NCBI GenBank assembly: GCA_964016885.1
Contig: OZ024744.1
Location: 84,940,001-85,004,000, forward strand
Direction of reading: 5' to 3'
DNA: 64,000 bases
Source of the DNA: Eledone cirrhosa
Lineage: Eukaryota
This document shows positions 46,777 through 60,925 of this stretch, in pieces; positions within the stretch are counted from its first letter, which is position 1; each line of letters begins with the position of its first letter. Both the position numbers and the translations under genes were made by a program. Under the pieces are notes generated by a model. That model was not told the DNA's origin. It saw only the letters and a program-made list of their open reading frames with translations, and ran no database searches.

Positions 46777-47424
46777 CATGTGTCTATCAATGAATCTCCC
46801 CCTCTCTCTATCTCTGTATATATATATATATGTGTGTGTGTGAGTGTATGTATGTATGTATATATATATATATATATCGAAAGAGAAAGAGAGAGAGAGT
46901 GGGAGAGATAGAGAGAGAGAAAGAGAGAGAGAAGCAGAGAGAGGATGAGTGGGAGAGAGAGAGAGAGAGAGCGAAAGTGGGAGACAGAGAGAGTGGGAGA
47001 GAGAAGCAGAGAGAGATAGATAGATATTTAGAGATACTGAGATAGATGTGTTAGTATAGAGAAAGACAAGTTAACTTTAAAAATAAGAAAGGGAAATATA
47101 AATCTTTTGGAAGATCTTTCAAAGTAAGATCCTCTGTAATTGTAACCCAATCAGATTCTCTCTAACTCTCACAAACACGGCCATCATTCAAGCATTGCTA
47201 TTTTAAAACTGTTTTTTTTATTTTTTTTATTATTGTTTTTCGAAATTGGTTTAATTATCTTTTTAAATTATTTTTTTAAATTGGTTTTTTAAATTTAAAC
47301 ATTTTTTTTAATGAAGAATTTTCTTTTTTTAATGTTCCTATAAGCTGTTACTATAATGAATAATGAATGAGTGTTTTAATGTAATGAACTTTTGACATAT
47401 GTGAAATATTGATGAAACCTTTAA

Positions 47425-47560
47425 TAAACTCTGGTGATGCCGATTCTAAATCTACATCTGTGGGTTAAGTTAAAATATTATTAATTTTTTTAATTCTCGA
47501 ACTATAAAATTATGGTCCAAGAGTGGGGATTTTAAGTCGGCAGAAACATATGTTAGTTTA
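47425..47560 (+). ncRNA. Hammerhead motif with ~100-nt stem-loop II, A6 mutated
   Basis: taaact CTGGTGA tgccga...tcggca GAAA catatg TT agttta. Confidence 0.7.
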
Positions 47561-47611
47561 ATATTGCTTTGAATCTTCGGTGGTTATGAAATTTATATAT
47601 ATATATATAAT

Positions 47612-47890
47612 CAGGGTGGAGTATCTACAGATTTCTCATCAGTTCTGCATAAATATTCTCCTTTTCGTTAATCTTTGATATTATATTGGCATCTGCTGGG
47701 CAGCTAATTTCCACTACTGTGCATGCTTTCTTTTCCCTGTCCCATATTATAATATCTGGTCTGTTATGCCTGCATTTTATTGGGGTTTTTACTGGAACAT
47801 TCCACCAGTACTCTTTCATATTATGTACATGGATGTCTTCCACATTGCTGTAGCTTTTAATGTGTTTATTATCAGGGCTATCTTTTCTAC
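47612..47890 (-). pseudogene. RLE LINE (R4-like) fragment
   Basis: WWNVPVKT..CRHNRPDIIIWD..VEISCPAD..EKENIY.EL. Confidence 0.78.
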
Positions 47891-48668
47891 TAGGTAGATT
47901 ATGTTTGCATGCATGTGTAGATATGGATGTTATTGTATGTGTGGATGTGTATGTTTTGAGTTGTATGTGTGCATGTGCATATGCTTTGCATCTGTACATG
48001 TGTATATGCAGTTATTAGATGCACAATTTCTGGAATGTTTTACATATTCCTACTGTTCCATTAATGGATTGTACTTGTAATTTCCTAACTAGTTGTGTTA
48101 TGTATGTATGTATGTATGTATGTATGTATGTATGTATGTATGTATGTATGTATGTATGTATGCCCGGGAGAGATGACCCCTTAGCCTTTGTCAAGGCAGA
48201 ATTCTAGGAGAAGGAAAACTCTGATATAACACCTGCAACCCTGATGGTATCCAATGATGTTGACTTGTTCTTCTTTTTGGTAAATATCATCTTGGTTAAG
48301 AGAGTGGGACTGGCTTTGTGCAGTGCATTTGCTCACTATAAATGCTTCACGGCACAGGCATTGCTTTATATCTGGAGATCTCTCTGCACTTGTCGTCACA
48401 TGGTACCAAGGACCCAGCACTATGTGTCAATAATTGTCACAAGTGTAGTGTTTGTACCAGTGTTTTCAAGTCGCTGGCTGGACTAAAACGTCACACTCGT
48501 TCAGCGCATCGGTAGGGGTTCTCCTACATGGATATAAAGTAGTGGCCGTACTCGAAAACGAGTTGGCAGCCACCACCATGTATGTATGTATGTACACACA
48601 TATATGTACCACATGATTAAATGAATAAATAAATAAAACGTTATCTACATTCTCTTTATCACTTGCAG

Positions 48669-48791
48669 GTTAAAGGATCAGCTGCGAAGAACGCAACTGA
48701 AACCAATGAACTTGCAAGACCTAGTTCTAGTTATTTGGTCTTATTTTATATTTTATTTATCTTATTTTACTTGAAGGACGGTGAACGATGA
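48669..48791 (+). CDS. Candidate terminal exon of a host membrane- or GPI-anchored protein
   Basis: Polypyrimidine tract + ttgcag acceptor, then VKGSAAKNATETNELARPSSSYLVLFYILFILFYLKDGER*; no upstream exons identified. Confidence 0.3.
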   Translation, partial: VKGSAAKNATETNELARPSSSYLVLFYILFILFYLKDGER

Positions 48792-48879
48792 TATTCGACA
48801 TGTAGACAAGTCAGTTGGCTGGCATATATGTTGATACTGCTACTGCTACTACTGTTGATGCTACTGGTGATACTAGTTA

Positions 48880-50122
48880 TGGTGGTGTTGGTGGTGGTGG
48901 TGGTGGTGGTGGTGGTGGTGGTGCTAGTGATGGAGGTGGTGATGGTGGTGGTGGTAGTGATGGTGGTGGTGATGGTGGTGGTGGTGGTGGTGGTGGTGCT
49001 AGTGATGGAGGTGGTGATGGTGATGGTGGTGATAGTGGTAGTGGTGGGGGTGGGGGGTGATGGTTGGCGGTGGTGGTGGTGATGGTGGTGGTGGTGGTGG
49101 TGCTAGTGATGGAGGTGGTGATGGTGATGGTGGTAGTGATGGTGGTGGTGATGGTGGTGGTGGTGGTGGTGCTAGTGATGGAGGTGGTGATGGTGGTGGT
49201 GGTGATAGTGGTAGTGGTGGGGGTGGGGGGTGATGGTTGGCGGTGGTGGTGGTCATGGTGGTGTTGGTGGTGGTGCTAGTGATGGTGGTGGTGATGGTGA
49301 TGGTGGTAGTGATGGGGGTGATGGTGGTGGTGGTGGTGTTGGTGGTGGTGGTAGTGATGGTGGTGATAGTGGTAGTGGTGGGGGTGGGGTGGAAGTGGTG
49401 ATGGTTGGCAGTGGTGGTGGTGGTGGTAGTGGTTGGTTGTGATGGTTGTTGGTGGTTGGTGGTGGTACTGATGGAGGTGATGATGGTGGTTGGTGGTGGT
49501 GACTGTGGTGGTGGTGGTGGTGGTGGTGGTGGTGGTGGTGGCGGTGGTGGTGGCGGTGGTGGTGTTGGTGGTGGTGGTGATATCGGTGGTGGCGGTGGCG
49601 GTGGTGGTGATGGTGATGATAGTGGTGATGGTGGTGACGGTGATGATGATTGATGATGATGATGAGGGTGATGTTGATGATGGTGATGGTGGTGATGGTG
49701 CCGATGGTGGTGGTGGTGGTGATGGTGCCGATGGTGGTGGTGGTGGTGATGGTGACGGTGGTGGTGGTGTTTATGATGGTGATGTTAGCGATGATGATGA
49801 TGATGATGATGACGGTAGTGGTGAGGGTGACGGTGGTGTTAGTGATAATGAGCTGCTGCTCCTGATGATGATGGTAGTGACGGTGATGATGTTGATGTTG
49901 ATGATGTTGATTGTGGTGGTGGTGGTGGTGGTGAAGGTGGCCCTGTTTGATGGTGTTGCTGGGAGTGATGGTTATGATAGTGGTTGTGATGAAGCTGCTT
50001 CTGATGGTGGTGATCATGCTGATGATGGTGATGGTGGCAGTGATGGTGGTGGTGGTGGTGGTGGTGGTAGGTAGTGGTGATGGTTGTAGTGGTGGTGGAC
50101 GAGCTGTTGTTGCGGCTGCAAA

Positions 50123-50156
<34 letters not shown>

Positions 50157-50750
50157 GGTGGTGGTGGTGGTGGTGGCGGTGGTGGTGGTGGTGGTGATGG
50201 TGGCGGTGGTAGTGATGGTAGTGATGGTGATGATGGTGGTGGTGGTGGTAGTGATGGTGGTAGTAGTAAGTAGTAGTGGTGGTTGTAGAGGTGATGGTGG
50301 AGGAGCTGTTGCTGATGTTGCTACTGATGATGATGATGATGATGATGAGGGGTGGGGGAAGGTGGTGGTGGTGGTGTTTGTGTTGGTGGTGGTGGTGGTG
50401 GTGGTGGTGGTGGTGGTGGTGCTGCTGCTGATGATGATGATGAGGTGGGTGGTGGAAGATGGTGATGCTGGTGGTGGTGGTGGTGTTGGTGTTGGTGAGT
50501 GTGGTGTTGGTGGTGGTGGTGAGTGTGGTGTTGGTGGTGGTGGTGGTGGTGTTGGTGGTAGTGTTGTTGTTGTTGTTGGTGGTGGTGGTGATGTTACTAC
50601 TGATGATGGTGATGAGGTGGGTGGTGGAAGATGGTGATGCTGGTGGTGGTGGTGGTAGTGGTGGAGGTGGTAGTGGTGTTGTTGTTGTTGTTGGTGTTGG
50701 TGGTGGTGGTGGTGATGTTACTACTGATGATGATGATGGTGGTGGTGATA
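48880..50750. repeat. Degenerate (GGT/GAT)n trinucleotide tract
   Basis: Direct reading. Confidence 0.95.
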
Positions 50751-50902
50751 AGGAGGAATCGTATGACAAGAGATGGCAACAAGATAAATTTACTATCTCA
50801 TGTCTGAAGACGATGTACGTGTATATAGGGGGGACATATATAACAGGCATGTCGATCAGTACACGACTAAGTGGCTGGTTGTTGGTTGTTGGTTGTTATT
50901 AG

Positions 50903-51068
50903 TATGGGTAGAGGGTCGGACGCCATGCTTTGCAGCATAGAGTTACGACCCTTTCCATTCTGAGTTCAACTCCCACCGAGGTTAACTTTGCCTTTCATCC
51001 TTTATAAATAAAGTACCAGTAATGCACTGGGGTAATTGCTGGCCTCGTGCCAGATGTAGAAACAATTA
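50903..51068 (+). mobile_element. SINE family 1
   Basis: Homology to the other copies. Confidence 0.85.
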
Positions 51069-51177
51069 TATTACGAACAAGTGGGTGGGAGTGGATTGGC
51101 AGAATCGCTAGAGCGTCGAACAAAATTCTTTTGTGACATTTCTCCTAGCTTTAAAATTATTATTATTATTGTTCTTT

Positions 51178-51866
51178 GAGTCTCAGTCATTGATGTTAGT
51201 TAACTGGAAAGTTTATTGAAATGAATATCAAGCCACTACCTGCAGCTTCAGATATTCAGGACGTATCGGAGGGTTCTTGCTGTTCCCAGCAAGCATGCCT
51301 TTTGAAGTGTTCCAAAAAGCTGGACTGGACCAATTTTCTTTAACCATCCTTGGAAACTCTTTGAGATAGTCCCTAGTGCGCCTATGACAATCGGGACCAC
51401 TTTGACTTCATGGCAGTTCCAAATCCTTTTTACCTCCCACTTTAAGTCCTGGTATTGGTTAATTTTCTCCCTCTCCTTCTCTTGCACTCTCGTGTCGAAT
51501 GGGCGGGCCACATCCACAATCAGGCACGATCTTTTTTCTTTGTCCACAACCACCAGGTCAGGTCTATTGTGTTCCAGTTTCTTGTCCGTCTGTATTCTAA
51601 AATCCCACAGCACCTTCACCTGATCGTTTTCCATCACCGACTCTAGCTTATGCTCATACCACTTCTCAGAATGTGGTAAATTGTTTACTTTGCATAGGTG
51701 CCAGTGGATCACCCTGCCCATCACATCATGTCTCCAGCCTTTATAGTGAGTCTGGGCTAGGTGTTTACACTCGGATACAATGCGAGCCACAGTCTTCTCT
51801 CTCTCTCCACAGATCCTACACAGTGGGCTAGCCTCCTCCTTGTAAATATGGTGTTTCAGCCACTTC
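51178..51866 (-). mobile_element. R4/Dong-like RLE LINE 3' fragment
   Basis: SECKHLAQTHYKGWRHD..NRPD..EK..YQDL; same family as 17580-18658; next to (TAA)n. Confidence 0.9.
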
Positions 51867-52019
51867 AGATTTTCGTTCTACCAAAGAACGTGGAGAGAAG
51901 CTAAATGTTGCCGCTAAGCTGCAGCGTATCGTATATTTAGTTGTCACGTGTTATTTCCAGCAAGGGAAATAACCCTTATATATATAAGCAGGACTCTGGC
52001 TTTACTGTAGCATCGGCTC

Positions 52020-52198
52020 AGAGTTAAGGCGAAAAATATATCGGATGCCGACGACATAGATTTGGTGACAAATACAGTGAAAGAGGCAGAGGATTTGATG
52101 CAAGAGGTTGAGACTGTGTCGATGAGTGTGGGGCTGAGAATGAATGAGACTAAAACAAAATATCTGGTAGAGATTGTTGAGAAGTCAGAGGGGATTAC
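52020..52198 (+). pseudogene. LINE RT fragment (RTE-like)
   Basis: [31 protein letters not shown]. Confidence 0.7.
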
Positions 52199-52275
52199 TA
52201 ATGTATATATATATATATATCTATATATATACGTATATATATATGTGTGTATATATATATGTATATATAGATATA

Positions 52276-52306
<31 letters not shown>

Positions 52307-52498
52307 GTATATATATGTATATATATGTATATGTATATATATATATATGTATATATATATATTTATATGTATATATATGTATATATATGTATATATATAT
52401 ATGTTTGTATATATATATGTATATATATATATATACGTATATATATATATATATAATATATATATATATATATGTGTGTGTATATATATATATGTATA

Positions 52499-52546
<48 letters not shown>

Positions 52547-52570
52547 TATATACATATATATTCATATATA

Positions 52571-52759
52571 TAGGAAAAAGTATGACCCCGACGGCAGAGC
52601 CCAAGCCGTTTCGATGGCTATTTCCAGAAATAGCCGTTGAAACGGTTGGAGCTCTGCTGTCGGGGTCATACTTTTTCCTATTACCCACTCTACTACCCCA
52701 AGTATTGAGTACTCTGGTGCGTTATGGTCCATCTGGTTTCTTACCACATGTCCTTCGTT

Positions 52760-52760
<1 letters not shown>
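52571..52760 (+). mobile_element. Fold-back element family C
   Basis: Hairpin centre 52625-52626; GAAA 52639-52642. Confidence 0.8.
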
Positions 52761-54091
<1,331 letters not shown>

Positions 54092-54170
54092 ATAATAATA
54101 ATAATAGTAATAAATGGAAAATATATCACTATAACATCATAATTTATTTCATTATATATATTTCAAGGAT

Positions 54171-54364
54171 TGAAATTGGGCGGTGGATTGGCAGTATCGG
54201 TAGAGGGTCGGACGCCATGCTTTCCACCATAGAGTTACGTCCCTTTACGATCTGAGTTCAAATCCCACCGAGGTTGACTTTGCCTTTCATCCTTACGGGG
54301 TCGATAAAATAAAGTACCAGTAATGCACTGGGTAATTGCTGGCCTTGTGCCTAAAGTAGAAACA
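54171..54364 (+). mobile_element. SINE family 1 inserted into a minus-strand family A HHR
   Basis: 20-bp TSD attatatata(t/c)ttcaaggat at 54151-54170 and 54365-54384. Confidence 0.88.
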
Positions 54365-54460
54365 ATTATATATACTTCAAGGATACTACTTTATAGTATG
54401 CCCTCATCAGACAGACAAAATACAATATTTGATGTATAATATGTTATACATCAAATATTG

Positions 54461-54520
54461 TATTTTGTCTGAAGAGTGCATACTTTAAAGTAGTATCCTT
54501 GAAATATATATAATGAAATA
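54461..54520 (+). ncRNA. Hammerhead ribozyme (family A variant) in fold-back 54092-54660
   Basis: tattttgt CTGAAGA..GAAA tatata TA atgaaata; hairpin centre 54440-54443. Confidence 0.72.
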
Positions 54521-57300
54521 AATGATGATGTTATAGTGATATATTTTCCATTTATTACTATTATTATTATTATTATTATTATTATAATACTTCAGATGAA
54601 TTTTATATGAACATAACTCTGTTGAATACTTATCCACAAAGTCAATAACTCATTGTTTATATATTTATATATAGATATATACATACATATATATGCAGTA
54701 TTCATTGCATATATATATATGTGTAGAAGAAATATTAAATTTTTTGGAAATCCAACAAATATAGATGTTTACAACCGATTCAAAGCACTCGACAGATTTT
54801 CTGGAGTAAGTATTCAATTGATATTAAATAATTATTTAATATCAATTGAATTCTTCACTACATAAATCTGCATGTTTAGATGCATAGATAAGAGCCCTAT
54901 TAAGTAAACTAGGGGTAATAGAGGAGAAGTAATTTGCAATATCCATTTGAATGAATTTTTTGTTATGTTTAAATTGTATGTTATTGAACCAATCTATAAC
55001 CTCATTAGAACCGTTCCATAGTTTTAAGTTGTGGTATGATTCTATCTAATATATGTTTACTAATTATCCCTAAGTCTGATTTAGATGGTGCTATAAGTCT
55101 GACTGGTAGTTCTATTTCAAAGTTTCTTTTGTGGTCTTTCAGGTTAATTTTAGGTTTTCTAGGTGTAAAGGGTTCAGTCCTATTTTGGATGCCTAATTTA
55201 TGAATTATTTCAGAAGCTTCTCTATTTAACGTTGCAAGATCTTCATTAGTTGTTATTCTGTAATTTTTTCTGAGTTCCTTCAATATAAGATTATTGTACT
55301 TGTCCCTTTGCATTCCGTATAGATTGTTAGTTTTATCAGATTTAATTAGGATCTTCTCAGTGTTTTCAAGAAATGCATATCATTTTAACTGCACGGAAAA
55401 CTTTAATTGAATTCAACAATCATCTCTGCACAGAGCCGATAGGAAAATAATTTTGATATCACCATGGGATCATCCGACTCGGCGCAAATAACGGATCTTT
55501 GGTCTTACTTATTAATAATACACTGCATAGAAAAATGCCAGAGATGACCGGTGGTTTATATCGTGATCATATGCTACTTTTAATTGAAAACCATAGTAAT
55601 TGTGAAATTAATAGGAAAAGAAAATCCATAATACAATTCTTCAATAATTATAACCTTAAGTTAGAAATAGAGACTAACTATAAAAATCGTTAACTTTTTA
55701 GACGTAACATTAAACCTTAGCACAAGGCTCTACTATTCATTCCACAAAATCAATGAGAATCTAAATTACGTAAGTTTTAACTCTAATCATCCTAGTTCTA
55801 TTAAAAACACTATTGTCAATAGTGTCCAACAACGAATTTCACGCATCTCTGCTAATAAAAATATTTTTGAGGATAAGGCTGAATATTATAATGAAGCTTT
55901 AAATAGAGCAGGGTATACGAATAAAATTAAATACATTGACAACAATAATAAGGCAAATACCCTACTATTAATTATAATAAGAATAAACAATTTAACTTAA
56001 ACTCTAAAACAAACAAAAGAACTAGAATAGAAATATTATTTGGTACTCGCCCCCATTCTCATTAAGCGTTAAAACACCTTTAGCAAAGCTATTCTTTAAA
56101 GCACTAGACAAATGTTTTCCTAAAACCCACAGATACCACTCAATCTCTAACAGACATACAATAAAACTATCCTACTCAACTACTATGAGCATTGCACAAA
56201 ATATAAATAGAATTAATAATAGAAACTTAAATTTAAACCCTAACCAAAATAACCATAGTAGTAATAATAATATTTCTAGCAATATCCAGTATAATAGTAT
56301 CGTTCTGAGCAACAACAACTCCGTAAAATGTAACTGTAGAATTAAATCAAACTGCCCTTTACAAAATAAGTGTTTAGATAAAAACATAGTTTATAAATGT
56401 ACAGTTAAAACTAGTGATAATATATTCCACTATGTCGGTGCCACTTCTACAGAATTTAAACTTCGATGGAATAACCACAATTGTTCTTTTAGAAGATCTG
56501 ACAAAAAATATTCTACTACCCTCTCACATCGTTTATGGAATTTAAAAAGCAGGAATATAGACTATTCATTATCTTGGAAAACGATTTCGAAAGCACCTGC
56601 TTACCGAAACATTCAGAACTATATGTAACTTATAATATTCCTATTAATCTCCAAAATGATCTTATCTGCTCTTACATTCTATATTTTTAATACTTTAATA
56701 TATTAATATCTCTAAATCATATCTTTAAAATTTCTTATAATATAATACGTGTGTATGTATAGATATTTATATATATTTATGTACTTCTATATAATTCTAA
56801 TTTTAATTTTAATTCTTTTAAATTCTTTAATTCTTTTTTCTTAATTTTTTATTTTTCTAATGTCACCCTCCATAACTTTATTTTTCTGACACTCTCTAAA
56901 GCTAATTTTTAAATGTAGATTAATAATCATTAACTGTTTCTAGTAAAATATATCCTATTCAGGATGGTGTTTAATTATTCATATTTCTTTAGAATAAATA
57001 ATTAATCCCACACTAGCAATTAATAAAAATTGGATTATCTTTCCTTCTTTCAATCATAAAATTTTTTTATACATAACTACGTTAATTTAACCTTATAAAT
57101 TGTAACTACCTATTTATTTACATAAAATCAACATCCCTACTAACTTATATTAGGAACAAACACCTATTTATTTTATTTATTTATAAATCAACATCCCTCG
57201 TAACTCATATTATAAACAAACTATCCTTTAAAAAAAAACACATATGTTATTATTAAAATACATATATACATATTTATATATTATTATAATAAGATAAATA

Positions 57301-57481
57301 GGGGGTGGATTGGCAGTATCGGTAGAGGGTCGGACGCCATGCTTTGCAGCATAGAGTTGCCGCGCTTTATGATCTGAGTTGAAATCCCGCCGAGGTTAAC
57401 TTTCATCCTTACGGGGTCGATAAAATAAAGTACCAGTAATACACTGGGATAATTGCTGGCCTTGTGCCAAAAGTAGAAACA
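57301..57481 (+). mobile_element. SINE family 1 with TSD
   Basis: attataataagataa on both sides. Confidence 0.88.
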
Positions 57482-58124
57482 ATTATAATAAGATAACTAA
57501 TTCTCCATATAAATAAAGATACATGTCTGAATATATTTTCCCTAAATTAACGTTCAAGTGGTCTTCCTTTTCCATCTTCTTTAACAATTTTAGTTTGATA
57601 ATTTATATAGCTTCGTTACATTAACAATATTTTGAAAACATTCTCAATGTTGAACATTTTTGAATCCACAAATTATTCTAATCTCACAACTTGAAAATAA
57701 CATTTTCAACATCCTTCGTAACTCATATTTGTTTATATAAACAATCAATGCATATGCAACTTATTAATATATAGAGAGATATTTATATACATATAACCTG
57801 TCCTAATGTAATAAGATAAAAATACTTAAAACCATAAATCATCATATAATTTTATAACTCATAATTTAGGTAACAAAAATCTTTTCCCCCAAATTAACGT
57901 TATTCTTTTCTCTTACTCTTCCTTCCTTATCATAAATATTTAAATTTTCCATAGCGTCTAAAATAACGTTTTTTTAGCCCTTTAATATACACATCATTTA
58001 CATACTCATATTAATAATTTTAAATATCTGACTTTTCTCCTCTCTTCCCTTCACTTTCCAGGGATAACTTGAACCGTTAAGGTATATCATCCTTGGTCAT
58101 GTCAAATATTTATAAAACATTTTG

Positions 58125-58186
58125 TATTTTATCTGATGATAGCGTATCAAAATGTGTGGTACCCTTGAAATATATATAATAGAATA
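58125..58186 (+). ncRNA. Type I hammerhead ribozyme (family A variant)
   Basis: tattttat CTGATGA (58133-58139)..GAAA (58167-58170) tatata TA atagaata. Confidence 0.8.
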
Positions 58187-58226
58187 AATATGATTTTATA
58201 AATATAGTTTCAATTTATTTAATATC

Positions 58227-58338
<112 letters not shown>

Positions 58339-58666
58339 TTATTTAGTTCAGGTGTGTGCTGAGTGTAGGCGTGTAAGTTAGTGGGTGATTGGATGTATGT
58401 ATGTATTTTTGTGTGACAACGTCTACGTGAATGTATGTGTTCGTGTCGTATGCAGTGTAGTGCATAAACACACACATACACTCATTCTCCCTCTCTCTTT
58501 CTCACCACACACACAGAGTGACAAGCACATATATACACACACACATAGAGGGCATGTATCTTTATACAAAATGATATGTGGTCTACTTGTCTTCATTTCT
58601 ACTTCACAGCTGAGCGGGTTAGCAGAAGGAAGATGGATACGTCTACAGCTGTAAAAACACTTGTTT

Positions 58667-58732
<66 letters not shown>

Positions 58733-58738
58733 CATATG

Positions 58739-58820
<82 letters not shown>

Positions 58821-58973
58821 CACATATCTATATATAAGTATTAAGTTTTACAATTGAACTAGTTTACGGGGCCCTTGCTGGGAAACAGAGAATGTAAGGC
58901 TCACAACCGAACAGACCTACCTGGTTTCAGTGTGGCGATGTTTTTGAAAACAGTATTCACCGTCTTTAGAGCT

Positions 58974-59053
<80 letters not shown>

Positions 59054-59243
59054 CCTCCTCCCCCATATATATTTATAATATATATATATATGAAATAAAT
59101 AGGATTTCGCTTCAAGCATAGCTTTATACAATATGTATAAATATTTCGTATATCCAAAGAAATACGGTTTTAGGAAGCCGTAGCTATGCAAACACTGGGG
59201 AGCTAACGCCCTCTGGTGATGTCCAGCAGAAGCAAGGGGGACA

Positions 59244-59287
59244 ACCGTCTATGCATTTCAGGCTTAACTGGCCTTCGTCAGGACGGT
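59244..59287 (-). ncRNA. Minimal hammerhead ribozyme (family I)
   Basis: Exact reverse complement of 59349-59392. Confidence 0.87.
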
Positions 59288-59348
59288 ACCTCCCACCGCT
59301 TGCGACTGCTGGACTAGAAGACAGGCGAAAATATATACGGTGGGATGG

Positions 59349-59392
59349 ACCGTCCTGACGAAGGCCAGTTAAGCCTGAAATGCATAGACGGT
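59349..59392 (+). ncRNA. Minimal hammerhead ribozyme (family I)
   Basis: accgtc CTGACGA aggc-cagttaa-gcct GAAA tgca TA gacggt; palindromic atgcat. Confidence 0.87.
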
Positions 59393-59622
59393 TGTCCCCC
59401 TTGCTTCTGCTGGACATCGCCAGAGGGCGTTAGCTCCCGGTGTTTGCATAGCTACGGCTTCCTAAAACCGTATTTCTTTGGATATACGAAATATTTATAC
59501 ATATATATATATATATGAATGTATATATAGTGTATTTTGCAATACACTGTATGCTTAATTAAAAGCATTTCGAAGACTTTGCGCTATTGTTTTAGAGTAG
59601 TGACAGTCTCACTTACTTTAAA

Positions 59623-59715
59623 TTTTCAGCAAACAGGGGAGATAAAGCTGACAGAGCTCTGTTTCGTACTAATTGGTACTTATCAATGCTAAGTACTCCA
59701 CCTGTTTGCTGAAAA
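59623..59715 (-). ncRNA. Hammerhead ribozyme with U3:A8 core (family J)
   Basis: Reverse complement of 60004-60096. Confidence 0.78.
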
Positions 59716-60003
59716 TCATGAATGTTTGATTCTTATAGAATTCTAGTAATGATCAGGAACTCATTATACAGAGCGGTTACGGTCAAGCAGAAATTGAAAA
59801 TTAGAATTGGTGCTCTGAAATAGCATAATTAATAGCATAATTAAGCATACAGTGTATTGCAAAATACACTATATATACATTCATATATATATCGCTATTT
59901 CAGAGCACCAATTGTAATTTTCAATTTCTGCTTGACCGGCAACCGCTCTGTATAATCAGTTCCTGATCATTACTAGAATTCTATAAGAATCAAACATTCA
60001 TGA

Positions 60004-60096
60004 TTTTCAGCAAACAGGTGGAGTACTTAGCATTGATAAGTACCAATTAGTACGAAACAGAGCTCTGTCAGCTTTATCTCCCCTGTTTGCTGAAAA
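60004..60096 (+). ncRNA. Hammerhead ribozyme with U3:A8 core (family J)
   Basis: agca TTGATAA (60033-60039) gtac-caatta-gtac GAAA cag-agct-ctg TC agct; 15-bp distal stem I. Confidence 0.78.
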
Positions 60097-60231
60097 TTTA
60101 AAGTAAGTGAGACTGTCACTACTCTAAAACAATAGCGTAAGGTCTTCAAAATGCTTTTAATTAAGCATACAGTGTATTGCAAAATACACTATATATACAT
60201 TCACATATATATCGCTATTTCAGAGCACCAA

Positions 60232-60292
<61 letters not shown>

Positions 60293-60444
60293 CATAATAT
60301 ATATATATTTCATATATATATATATATATATAATTTCATAATATATATATATATTTCATAATATATATATATATCCCGTTAAGGGTGAAGCAGCGATTCT
60401 TTGCTTAAACTCTAATCCGTTCTTATAATAGATATTTGCTCTAC

Positions 60445-60481
<37 letters not shown>

Positions 60482-60510
60482 TATAATATATATAAGTATT
60501 TGCCTTACAT

Positions 60511-60550
<40 letters not shown>

Positions 60551-60925
60551 TCATACAAGAATAAATAAATAAAAATGGGAAAAGTAAATAATTTATGTAA
60601 CATGGATATAATACGGTTTGTGTTTATTCAAGATGGCAGGTGCTGGCAGGTGTGTCACGTGTCTATGACCGTGCCAGGGGAGATAATAAATAGCTTAAAA
60701 GAAGCGATGTTTTACATGCTTTAAATCATTACTTATATCTCTTCAACTAAACAGATAATGAAAAAGAAACAAAAATGAGTTCTACGTGTAATTCAATGGG
60801 CCAACCTTGTCAAACAATGTTAGATGCTGAATCTCCCTGAATCATTTATACGGCAGTTGCGTTTGTCGAAAAACTGGAAAATCCCCCCCTCCGCTATATA
60901 CATTAATATTACGAATGTTACTAAA

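Larger units (their letters stand above)
59512..60237. mobile_element. Family J retrozyme-like array: inverted monomer + head-to-tail 320-nt units
   Basis: Minus monomer 59512-59824; plus-strand tail 59836-59890, monomer 59891-60210, next head 60211-60237. Confidence 0.78.

Noticed and set aside
58550-58975. Minus-strand GAAA caagtg TT and GAAA ccagg TA half-motifs in TA-bounded islands
   Set aside because: Single copies lacking the 5' core and stem I; cannot be distinguished from chance here.
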